Source: Felis catus
Lineage: Eukaryota
DNA length: 64,000 nucleotides
Assembly: GCF_018350175.1 (NCBI RefSeq)
Contig: NC_058371.1
Location: forward strand, 204,910,001 to 204,974,000
Direction: 5' to 3'
How positions within the stretch are numbered: the stretch's first letter is position 1; each line of letters opens with the position of its first letter. Made by a program: the position numbers and the translations under genes. Shown piece by piece: positions 23,576-35,500 of the stretch. Below the pieces are notes generated by a model. The model was not told the DNA's origin. It searched no databases and saw only the letters and a program-made list of their open reading frames with translations.

Positions 23576-26500
23576 CTGAGGCAAACAAACACGCGTGTTC
23601 TCGAGTGAGTGCCTCCTTGAACCCGCCCCAGGTTCCTGGAGTCCCCTAACCCTGGCCTTTACGAAGCCCTGGACCCCACCCCAGGGAACACCGTGCCGAG
23701 GCCAGGGCGATGGGTGAACATACCTGGGCTGAACACAAAGAGGTTAAAGGTCGACGGCTTCCTGCTGACAGGAGCGTACCCCTCACCACCTGCAGAGAAC
23801 TGGACCTCATACGTCCACAGGCACCTGGGAAGGTCAGTCAGGACCGGGGCTGGCGTCCAGGTGGGGCGAGTGTAGACACCGCAGAGTTACAGCCCTATTG
23901 CCTACAGCCCCTTTTCTGACTCCTCCCGGGTCCCTGTACTCTTCCTGCAACGATGACGGGCCAGCTCGATGAAGAAAAGGGACAGGAGCCCGACTGCCAC
24001 CTGTAAATGTCCCCTGTGGGTACCCTGCTCCCCCATCAACAGGTGTGGCGTCTTGGGCCATTTGTGTGGTTGTGCAAACAGCGGTGGCCAGGGTGTGAGG
24101 GGCAGAGGGCTTGGAGGACCACAGCTGAGTGACCACGTGGGCACTGCAGCCTCCGGGGACCAGAGTGGAGGGCAGGGGGAGGATGAACAGAACGGGGATT
24201 AGGGGTACCGGGAATGAACCCACTCACGCACTTGGAGACCACATGCTCATCTGACCAGACCAAGAGCACCTGCCCACTGGTCAGGGGCAGAGCCCGGAGC
24301 TGGGTCACCTGCAGGGAGAGAGGTGTCGTGACTGGGGGGTGGGGTTGGGGGGCTGGAGGGACCCGGGCAGTGGGGGAGGGGGCCGCCACTTGCCTGGCCT
24401 GGTGGCTTCTCTGGGCGTGCGCACACGTGCACCAGCAGGAGTGAGGGCAGTCGGAGCTCCGGGCGAAGCGTCAGGCGGCCGCTGGCAGGGAAGGGGCGTG
24501 GCGCCGCGGCCACCGGGTCCTAGGGGCAGGGACTGGTACTCGGGGCCTTGGGACCTTGGGAGCCTCCCCGCCCCGTTCCCACCCTGCCCTCGGACCTCGG
24601 CTGCGCGCATGTGCCGGAACTCCTCTGCCGAGGGGAAGACCGGCCGGCCGAGGCGCTGCCACTCGCCGTGAGGGCTGCAGAACCGGTTGTCCAGGTAGAG
24701 TGTGACGTAGACGAGGCCTGCGGAGCCAGACGCTGGGGCCACGCCTCGCCGGGCCCGCCCCCTCCAGAGCCACCCCTTCCCCGGGACCCCAGCTCACCCG
24801 GCCCCGGGGGCACCCCGTGCAGGCGCAGGGTCAAGGCGACGCTGCGGTTGGGGTGGGTGCGCGTGTCGTCGCTCGCGTAGACCAGCACCGTGGCGCGCCA
24901 GGCGTCAGCGGGGCTGGCCGGGCGGTGCGCGCTGGCCAGGACGCCCACCGTGTGGTTGCTGTCCAGCAGCGTCCCGCCCTGCCACACCTCGGCCCAGAGC
25001 TGCTCGCCGTCTAGGGGGCGGGGGGCGGGGCTGTCGCTAGGCAGCAGTCGCAGCCCCTCTGCCCTCCCGGGGCCTCGCTTCCTGCCACTCAGCCTCCCCC
25101 CCCCCCCACTGCCACTAGGGGTCCCCCACCGGGAGGCGCCCCGCCCGCCACAGCCGCTGCGGCCCAGCGCGCTGGGGCGGGGAGCTGGACCGCTTGGGGC
25201 AAGAGCCGCCCCCACCCCCGGTAGGGCACGGTCACCACTAGGGCCTGGAACGACCCCCTGCCTAACCGAGCTCCGGCCCGGGTGCACCGGCAGCCCCGTG
25301 GGCGCGGGGAAGGCGGGGCGGGGGGTTACCCAGCAGGGCCAGCAGCGCCATGGCGGTGAGCACCGGCTTGCGCAGCAGCTGCACGTGCGGCGGGCGGGTG
25401 TTGTTGACCTGGAAGCGCGCCGTGAGCGTGCGCTGCGTGAAGGGGTGCGGGTGGTAGCTCAGGAAGGCGTTGTCGTTGCTCAGGAGCGCGTAGCGCACGG
25501 GGGAGCTGGTGTTGGCCACCAGCAGGTTCTGGTGCTGCGCAATGACCTGCGGGGGTCCAGGGGGTCGGGATGTCCCAGGCCGCGCCCCTGGAACCCGCCC
25601 TCCCAGTAAGGCACGCCGCCCTGGGGGGAGGTCCTTGGACGGGCCTACCTTCACCACCAGGGCCGCGTAGGTCACGTCAGCCCTCCAGGGCTGCGGCAGG
25701 GACCAGCCCACTAGCGGGTCAGCTTCGTCGTTGTAAATGGGGGTGTCGGCGAACTTGGGGAAGAGCCGCTGGATCTGTTGCACGGCCGCCTGCTCCTGCT
25801 CCAGGATGTAGATGGAACTGCCCGCGCCCTAGGGAGGCGGGCCTCAGGACCTCTGGGGCCAGCTCACGTGACTGCCGCTTAAGCGCGGGTAGGGCTGCGG
25901 GGGGGGGGGGGGGGGAGGGGCGGGGCCCGAGGGGCGGGGGCCCAGCGCTTGTACCTTCTTGTGGAGGGAGATGTAGTCCAGCCGCACGCCCAACTCTCCC
26001 GTGAAGAAGTTGGTGCCGTTGTGACAGTGGCCCAGGAGGCCCCAGCACAGCGGGGAGCGCGGCCAGGGGTGGAAGGAGTCCCCAGGGCCGCCCAGGCGCA
26101 GAGCGGGGCTGACGGCTCGCAGGCCTTCGGAGCAGGCGTCGTAGTAGTTCAGGAAGCCTGGGTGGGGGAGGGACCTCGGAATCCACACTGCCAGCTCCTG
26201 AGGTGATGCTCCCGCCCCTTCTCAGCCCACAGGACCCCAGGAGGTGCCCCCCACCTTGCAAGGTCATGGACACGTTGTCAAAGTCGTGGTGGTCTGGCTC
26301 GTTCCACGTCTCGAAGTTCCACTTGGAAACGTGGGAGAGTCCGTACCTGTCTGCAGAGTGTCCCCACTGGCACACGTGCCCCCCAGGGGCGAGGCCAAGC
26401 CTATCCCAAGTCCCAGGGAGACGGGCCCACGGTCGGAGGCTTGGAGGTGCTGACGACACCTCATTCCACGCGGGCCCACTGCACCCTGCCCGGCCTGCTG

Positions 26501-29500
26501 TCCCCATCCGGGGGCCCTGGCCCAGGGTTCGTGACAGAGGCCAACAAGGTGGCCGGGTGATGCGGGAGGAGCCTCCCCAGGAGCACCCCCCCTCTCCCGC
26601 TAAGGCCTGTGCCCTGCCCACCAACGTATCTCCTGGCCAGGAGGGAGACCAGCTCCTTCCACTCAAACACCTGCTGCTTGTCCTCAAAGTCGGTGAAGCG
26701 TTTGGAGGGGCTGCCCATCAGCTCAAAGCCTGCGACACAAGAAGGTGGCTGTCCTGCCGCCCGCCTGCCACACGGCACCCGTGCTCCACCCAGCCTGGGC
26801 TCCACCGTGCCGGCACGGAGGCCAGCCTCCCCGGTGCCTCACCAGTGCGGACGCAGAGGAGCCGGGTGGTGGGGAGGGGGCAGGACTGGCAGACGGAGGG
26901 TGGGGCTGGCTGCTCACCTGGGAGGAGCTGGTTCTCTCGGAGAAGATCCAGGAACCCATCCAGATGGGTGAAGTTGTAGCTCAGGCCTTGCTCCACTGAC
27001 CCCCTATACGAGGACACTCGATGTCAGCGCAGAGAGAAGTGGGCCCCAGGCTGGAACTGAGGCCACGTGCATGCAGGCAGGGAGCCTGCAAGGTGCCACA
27101 CAGGGCTCAGATCCAGACTCCTCAAGGGTCCCTGTCTTTGGAAAACGCCAACGACGGAAGCCTGCCAGTCATTGACAGCCTAGTATGAACTGGTGTGCCT
27201 GTGCCTGAATCCCATGCCCAAGCCTTTGGGCTCAGGCATGGCACGAGGCAGGCAGGTCTTTTGGAAAAGATACAACGGGACGGAGTAGGGGAGGACGAGG
27301 CACACTGAAGACAGCTGGCCGTGGACTGGGGAGCCATGGGAGAAGAGCCTGGTAGGACCTGGTGGGTGCCATGCCTGTGTCTTGCATCACCTGGAGGTCA
27401 GGGCTCCAGAGTTGTCTCGACAGTACTCCTCTCCCCTCTCCCACACTCCGAGAGGCAACATGGGCAGTCAGAAAAGGGGGAAGGGCGGCCTCCCCCACCC
27501 CCCCACACCCACCCCCCCACACCCACCCCAGACCGGGGCCCAATTTCCTCCGGGTTCACATTCTGACAGGGGACAGAAATCATCAGGCAACTATTTGAAT
27601 CTTTAAGGACACATCAGATGTACCCCGAGGGAGAAGTGACAGGGAGCCAAGGGTCAGGCAGGGAGGGCCTCTCTGAAGTAACAACCAAGCAATGAGGCAG
27701 GCCAGCAAGAATGCCTCGGGGAACAGACAGGCAGCACGTGCAAAGGTCTTGGGGTAGGAATAAAGTTGTGGTTGTCAAGCAGCAGGAAGCATCAAGTGTG
27801 CCTGGGGCAGAACAGGGTGCGGGCTGTGACAGGTCACTGGAGGCCTTGTGCCCATGGTGAGGACGGGACTGACTCACAAGGAAATGGAGCCCCTTTCAGA
27901 GGTCCAAGTGGAGCACTGCCACGACTTTAAGACTTTTTTTTTAAGAGCAGTTTTTAATAAATTTTTTTAAAATGTTTATTCAGTTTTGAGAGAGACAGAG
28001 TTTGAGCAGGGGAGGGGCAGACACAGAATCCAAAGCAGGCTCCAGGCTCTGAACTGTCAGCACAGAGCGCGACGCGGGGCTCGAATTCAGGAACCACGAG
28101 ATCATGACCTGAGTGAAGTCGGACACTTAACCTACTGAGCCACCCAGGAGCCCCTTAAGAGATCTAGGCTCACAGCAAACCTGAGGGAGGCACGGGGATG
28201 CCCCACGCCCCCTGCCCCCCCACAGCCTCCCCCGCGATCCACACCCCCACCAGCCGGTGCACCTGCTGGAGCCGATGCGTCGTCATCGCCCCGAGTCCAC
28301 GGCAGGGTCACCCTTGGTGGTGCACGTCCCGTGGGTCTGGACGAGCGCATGATGGCAGGCGCCCACCACCCTGGCGCCACACGGAGCTGCTTCGCTGCCC
28401 TAAAAATGCCCCGGGCTCCAGCTGGTCACCCTCCCCGCCTCCCCCTGACAATCGATGACCCTTTTACTGTCCCCGTAGTTCTACCTTGGTTTTGAAAGGG
28501 CCCCAGGCAGAGGTGTAGTGCCAGGACTGGGTCGTGGCCACAAAGGCAGCGGGAAGGACCTACAGCAGATTTCCGGGGCGGAGGGATGTCTGCTGATGAA
28601 CAGGGGACATCTTACACAACGCTTCGGACTTCGCTTGAGCAGCTAGGTGGGCAGGGGTGCAGGTGGCAGAGGCAGGCAGGGGTGAGCCCACACGGAGGCG
28701 GACATCCAGGGGTGGAGCTGGCATTGGAAGCCGGCGGCCTTTGGGTCAGGCGCAGTGGGGGTGGGGCAGCGCAGGAGCAAGCGCTGAGCCTGGGGTGGGC
28801 CTGGGCGGGGGAGGGGTGTTGCCTAGTGAGGAGCACAGGCAGGTGGGTGGCAGGGGCTCAGGTGTGAGAAGGAACACACCTGCTCTGTGGCTCCATCTGC
28901 GGGAGGGAGGTGCCAAATGTCAGGAGGGCCTGCACTGCGCCCTCTTGTGGCGGCCGGGCTTGTCCTGCGCCGTGGGCAGTCCGGCCAGGTGGGGGGTCAC
29001 GAGGCGATCCGGCCCTCGACAGACAGCTTTTCATCTGTCAACCTCCCATCCCACGCCCCAGCCTGGCCGGCCCAGCGTCGTCTTCCCGGACACAGCGAGG
29101 ACATGGACGAGTCAACGCCCCCCCCCCCAACGTCCTTCCCTCCCCCACCCCTCACTTCGTACGAGGTCAAGGCCGAGCCCTGGTCTGGCTTCCGAAGCCC
29201 ACCTGAGGGACCAAGTCCAGCCAACCACGCGCAAGTGCCCCCTGCCCGTCCTGGGCCCCGCACCCTGCCTCCCCTTGCCGGCTGGCCCCTCTGTGTAGGG
29301 GTGCGTCTTCCCACCAGGGGCTCAGCAGGACGAGCTTTGGGCTGCGGGGATCACCTCCCTCACCCGTTTCTCCCGCATCCAAAGGTCACAGCCGGTAGCA
29401 AAGAAAACTAACAAGCAGTTGGGTAAAAATTAAATGCACACAGCAGACCGTTCCAAAGTCCCACTACTGTGGGGGAGGGGGCGTGGGCCACGGGTGGTGG

Positions 29501-32500
29501 GGTGACCCGGTGGAAAGTGAAGGCATATGCAGGGGCTCGGGGCTTTCTCTGCACACCCTAGCGGCGGTAATCCCGGCCTGCTGAGCTTACACTGGGTAGG
29601 GGGCACCGCGGGGCTCAGATCAATGCTCCTGCACTTGGTGTGGGGTGGGGGGGGTGGGGGGTGGTACCCCGGGGGGAGCCCCAGCGGCAGAGGCATCCGT
29701 AGCCTGTCACCCTGAGTAGATATGAGTGTCCCCTTCTCCAGCCAGCCTCGGCAGCCAAGGATAATCTGGGGGCTAATACACCTGCCCCAGGGGCCAGAAG
29801 ACCCGACCTCGGAGGCGACCCCTGGCCAACGAACCCCGGGGAACGGTCCTTAGGCCCCGCCGTCCGCACCTTGGTCTCCCTCTGCCCGGCCCCGTTCAGA
29901 GAGAGGTTTGAGAAACCTAATTTAGGGAGGGGGCTGAGCAGCGAGGTGAAGCGTGCGGCCCACCCCAGCACTCCCCCTGCAGCGAGGCGCGGCTCTCGGA
30001 GGGCCCGGCCTCCACTCCGCGGCCCCCCGCAAGGGTCCGAACGTGGGCACGGGGGCCGGGGCTGCGGCGGCGGCACAAAGGCCTCATTCACGCACGCGGC
30101 GGCGGGCGGCGGCTCCGGGGGCCCCCGCGGCAGGGCCTGAGCGCGTGCGCCGGAGGCAGAGCTGCGCCGGGGCCGGTGAGTGCGGGGGGGGGGGGGCGCG
30201 GGGGCGGGGGGGCACGAGCGCGTGAGCGCGGGGCCGCGGCCGCGCGTGCTCGGCGGCGGGGGCGCGCGCTCCCGGCGCAGACGGACAGGAGGGGAGGGGA
30301 GCGAAGCGCACGGCCGGCCCCGGGCGGCTCGGAGGGGGAGATGCAGCGCGGATCCCCCGGCGCACCTGCAGCCTCGGTCCGGGGATGGGGGTAGGGGGGT
30401 GTCAGGCTCCCGGCCAGCGCGGCAGAGGCCGCTTACTCTCCACCTTGCCACCTAGAACCTCGGGGCTCGCGGTAGGCGTGTCTTTAGGGAGAAGCTGGGT
30501 CAGGTCTCCGGGGCCCCGGAGGTGGTCGGCCCCGCCTCTTCGCACTTAGGGTCAGGATGCAAGGTTTCCTTTCCAAAGGAGTGTGTCTGATCACTTGAAA
30601 CGGTGATTTACGGGCAAATATTAAGGAAACAACCATGTGGCACAGAGCTGGGCAGCGGTCCCCCGAGGGAGGTTCCTGCCGATCTGTACTAGACCCCACG
30701 GCCCCCGTCCCAGTGAGGTCTGCAGCTCCCTCCCGGCGCCCACCTTAGCGCCAGTGTGGGCGTCAGCAGCCCCTCTGGCAGGCAGGGGCCCAGAACCACA
30801 GGTCCCTCTGTGCCCCTCCAGACCCCAGGTGAAGGTCGCCGGCCTCAATGCACAAAGAAAACAGGCAGAGGGACGCGGTGGGGGCAGGGTTGGGGGTGGT
30901 GTCCTGAAATTCTCTCAAAGGTCACATGTGACCTCACTGTTATCTCCTCGCCTGATTTAGGCAGGCAGCCCGGGCAGGGGCTGCAGGGTTATGAGGTCCG
31001 ATCCCTGCCACCAGGGCCAGCCCAAGGCCAGCCTCCATGCTGCGTCTGACTGGACAGGGGCTCTGATGGGCCAAAAGAGCCCCTCCCTGAAATATCTCCA
31101 CCTGCCACGAATCTCACCCCAGAACCTCCAGAGACCCCTGCCCCCCCTTCCTAAGACAGAGGAATGGCTCCTTCCTACATCAGGTCCCCACCCCAGGTAC
31201 TCCCTTTCTTACACCAGCACCCAGGCCCCATCCCCCACCCCAGCATGCACACACGCGTATCTGCCCTGGCCTCCGCTGCTCTGTGCCCGAGTCCTCTGTG
31301 TCACACAGCCTGCGCTCTGTCCCCCATCTAGGGAGACGCCCAAGGGCGATGAGGCTCCCGCCTGGCAGGCCACCCAAGGAATTCTCTCTCTGCCCCCTTG
31401 CCAGTAGCTGGGACAGGAGATAAAGTTTATATGACCCCCTCAATAGCTACCCTCCTCTCTGCACCCTGAGGTGAACCTCATCTGCCCCAGGGAGGGGTCC
31501 GAAGCCCGGAACTGCTCTAGCTTGTCCCCCCAGCCCAAAACACGGCTTCTGGTCTGGGCAAACAGCTCCCCACCAGGGGCCAAGCGGGTCCTGGGCTGGA
31601 CTCTGGGGGGGTAGGTGGAGGGAAGACCCTCAGCTCTGTCCCACGTAGACGGGAAAGCCCCCTGGGACGGGCCCTTCCCACGTAGCCCTTCAGCATGGCG
31701 GGAGGGGGGCTCCCCTTCACTGGGTGTAAAGGTGGGGAACCTGAGACTCAGAATCGTGTTAAAAACAGCTGTCCACCCTTCGTGGGGCATGAGAGTAATC
31801 ATTTAAAGGGATCGCCTTCACTCCAGCTCTCCCAGGCAGACCCCACCTGCCTCAGAGAGACTGGAGACGCGGCAAGGCCGGGCACCCGCCAGTCACCGGG
31901 GGTTGGACCCGCACCCCACGGCAAGAAGGGCAAACCCGGCTGGCAGTGTGTCCCGATGCCTGGCGGCCCCCCCCGCCCCGCCCACAGCAGTCCACGCGCA
32001 TGTGCACACACATACTCAGCAACAGCCCCGCGCCTGCTTTCCACACGAGGCCACAGAACAGAGGCTGGGACACGGCTGCCCGGTGTCCGGCTGGCTCAGG
32101 CACACTTGGCCCGTGCTCCAGAGCAGACCAGAACCGTCTCATGGCAGAATAGGGAGGATGTCCAGGGATGGGATGAGGCGACCAGCCCCGACCCGGGTAC
32201 CCCTCTCATCCTTGCCCACCCCTGGTCAGTCGTGCGACCACGGCAACGGGCCCCAGAGCTGCAGGCTCACATCCCAGGGCTGGCTGGGCTCGCGCGCCTC
32301 CCGCCCCCCAAAGGACCCCAGGACCCGCGCGCCCTGCGCCAGCTCTTTGCTGCCCTCACCCACGCTGCCCCGTACCTGGAGCCCCATGGGGGGATGGGAG
32401 CTTACCAGAGGTGCACACGCTCACACTTACTTGTGAGCTGGGATTACAGTACAACTCCCTGGGTTAGCCACTCAGGTAACGCTCATCTGGGGGAAACCCA

Positions 32501-35500
32501 TGACTCAGCAATCTTTGGGGTAAATAATTGAACCGCAAACCCAGTTTGGCTAAGCAGTCACATGGTAACCACAGAGCGCTGCCCGCGGTGGGCGCCAGAC
32601 CTGCCGCGGCCTGGCTCCTGGCTCCGGCTCTGCGTCAGAACCCGCCGTCCACACGTCCCCACCGGCTAACAAGCCAGAGAGCTCTGGACGTGCGGGCGGC
32701 CGGCAGAGTCGGGCCTTGGAGCGCTGACGAGCCAGGGGCCTCGCTACCCTCCCGCCCACCCAGCCTGTGAGGGGCTCCCCAGGTAAGAATCATCCCGGGG
32801 CCCCGCCGCAGGGCCGTGGAGCCCTCAAAGCCAGAGCAGAGGCCAGCTCCCTGGGTGAAGGGGAGGGGCAGGACGATTCTCGGGTTTCCTTTCCGGCCCC
32901 TCAGGCACAAGGCAGATGCCATTTCAACAGTCCTCATGCCACACACCCAGACCCTGGGGGGCTTGGGGGGACCCTTGTGTGGTGAGGTCTCCACAGAAAG
33001 GAAACACAACTCATGACGTCCCCCTAGTGCTCACGGGGGGCTGTGCCTGCCTGCCAGGCCGTCCTCCACACCCCAGCGAAACTGCGGGCCGCGTGTCCTG
33101 GGCCAGCGAGTGAGAAGTCAAGGACGGGGCTGGGCCCCAGCAGGTGAGGTGCCCTTGGGACACAAGGGACAGTCCCAGACTTGTGCTCCATGGTGCACCT
33201 GTGTGGTCTGAGACCCAACCCAGGAGTGTGTCCCACAGTCCCAGGTGACGGGGCAGGTGACAGACGCCAGCCACCCCCACTTCCCTCCCGGCTGGCCTCG
33301 TCTAAGATCAGCCTCCCAAAGCGCGTCCCGGGAATTCTGCCATGAGGACCGGGGGGTATAGCGAGTGCTGCTGTGTGAGCAGCCCCTCCGGGAGCAAAGA
33401 TCTGGGGTCTCCCTATCTTCAAGGTTCAACAGGGGGCACCAGGAGGCGCTCTTCCTCTAAGCCCCAGGGCCCATGGTGCAGCGGTGATGGGAGGGCTGCC
33501 GGAGGGACCCCGGCGGCTTGGGTGGCGGAGAGGGGGGGCCTCTGGCGTGGACGTGGGCACGGGGAGGTGGGCCGGGAGCAGCGGAGCTGGGTCTGGCCAC
33601 GTGGGAGTCTGGGTCTCTGTGCCACCCGCTGACCCCAGCAGGGATGCCCACCTCTGTTTCAGGTCTTCCCAGGATGGACATGTGCCCCGACTGCACGCAG
33701 CAGGGTGGGGGGCTGGTGCTGGTCCGCCGGCGGCCCCCAGTGCCCCCGGGCCTGCGCGAGATGCTTAAAGCCAGGCTGTGGCGGGGCTGCACCTGCAGCA
33801 CGCGCGGGGCCTGGGCGCTGGCGCAGGACCTGCTCCCCGCCACGCGCTGGCTGCGCCACTACCGCCCGCGGGAGGCCCTGGCGGGCGACGTCATGTCCGG
33901 GCTGGTCATCGGCATCATCCTGGTGCCGCAGGCCATCGCCTACTCGCTCCTGGCAGGGCTGCAGCCCATCTACAGTCTGTACACGTCCTTCTTCGCGAAC
34001 CTCATCTACTTTCTCATGGGCACCTCGCGCCACGTGTCCATGGGAATCTTCAGCCTGCTCTGCCTCATGGTGGGCCAGGTGGTGGAACGCGAGCTGCTGC
34101 TGGCTGGCTTTGACCCTGCCCGGGACGGCCCGGGGTCCGGGGACAACGGCACCACCCTCAACGCCTCGGCCACGCTGGTGCTCAGGCCACGGGACTGCGG
34201 GCAGGACTGCTACGCCGTCCGCGTCGCCACCGCCCTCACGCTGGTGGCTGGGATTTACCAGGTGAGGGGCTGACCGCACTGGGGTTCTGCAGAGCCTGGG
34301 CGCAGGTCCGGACCGCCCGCTCAGCCACTCAGAGCAGGCCCCTCACTCGCTTGCCACCCCCAGAAGGGCAAAGGCCAGGGCAGTGCGGGGTCAAGGCCTC
34401 AGAGGGCAGCGGGTTTAGCCAGCAAGGGCGGGGCGGGCATAGGCGCAGGTGGGCACGGGGTGGCGGCCCGGACGGGGCACCCGAGGGTCTGAGGGTGCCC
34501 GGGAACAGGGACCCTGTCCAGGGATGGCTGGCCGGGCACGGCCTGGCCTGTCTGCCCTGATTTCACACCCTCCCAAGGGCCTCGCAGGTCTCTGGGGAGA
34601 GGGGACAGTGCCACCCGCAGGACAGGAGAAGGGAGCGGCTTTCCAGCGCCTGGAGCCCGCACGTGTGAGAGAAGCAGAAGCGAGCGTGTAAGGGCCCACG
34701 TGCACCTCCGTGTCTGCCGTGCCTGTGTGTGCACGCGCGTGGGCAAGGGACTCCAGACAGAGTCCGCTCGGGAAAGCGGCAGCGGCGAGAAGGGGTGTGG
34801 GGCTCTGTGCCGCGGCCGCCCCGTCGGCGGCACCGCTGCCCTGACCGCGCTCTGTCCGCAGGTCCTCATGGGCGTCCTCCGGCTGGGCTTCGTGTCCACC
34901 TACCTCTCACAGCCCCTGCTCGACGGCTTTGCCATGGGGGCCTCGGTGACCATCCTGACCTCCCAGCTGAAGCACCTGCTGGGCGTGAGGGTCCCACGGC
35001 ACCAAGGGCCGGGCATGGTGGTCAGCACGTGGCTGAGCCTGCTGCGCGGCGCCGGCCAGGCCAACCTGTGCGACGTGCTCACCAGCGCCACGTGCCTGGC
35101 CGTGCTGCTGGCCGCTAAGGAGCTGTCGGACCGCTGCCGCCACCGCCTGAAGGTGCCGCTGCCCACGGAGCTGCTGGTCATCGTGGCGGCCACGCTGGCG
35201 TCCCACTTCGGACGGCTCCACGAGCGCTTTGGCTCCAGCGTGGCCGGCGACATCCCCACCGGGTTCGTGGCCCCCCGGCTGCCCGACCCCGGGCTGATGC
35301 GGCGCGTGGTGCTGGACGCGGTGCCCCTGGCGCTGGTGAGCTCCGCCTTCTCCGTGTCCCTGGCGGAGATGTTCGCCCGGAGCCACGGCTACTCCGTGCG
35401 AGCCAACCAGGAGCTGCTGGCCGTGGGCTGCTGTAACGTGCTGCCTGCCTTCTTCCACTGCTTCGCCACCAGCGCCGCCCTGTCCAAGAGCCTGGTGAAG

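Noticed and set aside
25455-25485. Possible feline MPS I allele (3-bp Asp deletion, recalled to lie in this region)
   Set aside because: LLSNDNAFL is intact and exon 8 has the full 217 nt; no lesion seen anywhere in the CDS
33644-33673. Upstream in-frame ATG extending SLC26A1 by 10 aa
   Set aside because: Lies upstream of the pyrimidine tract and AG acceptors at 33662 and 33672, so most likely intronic
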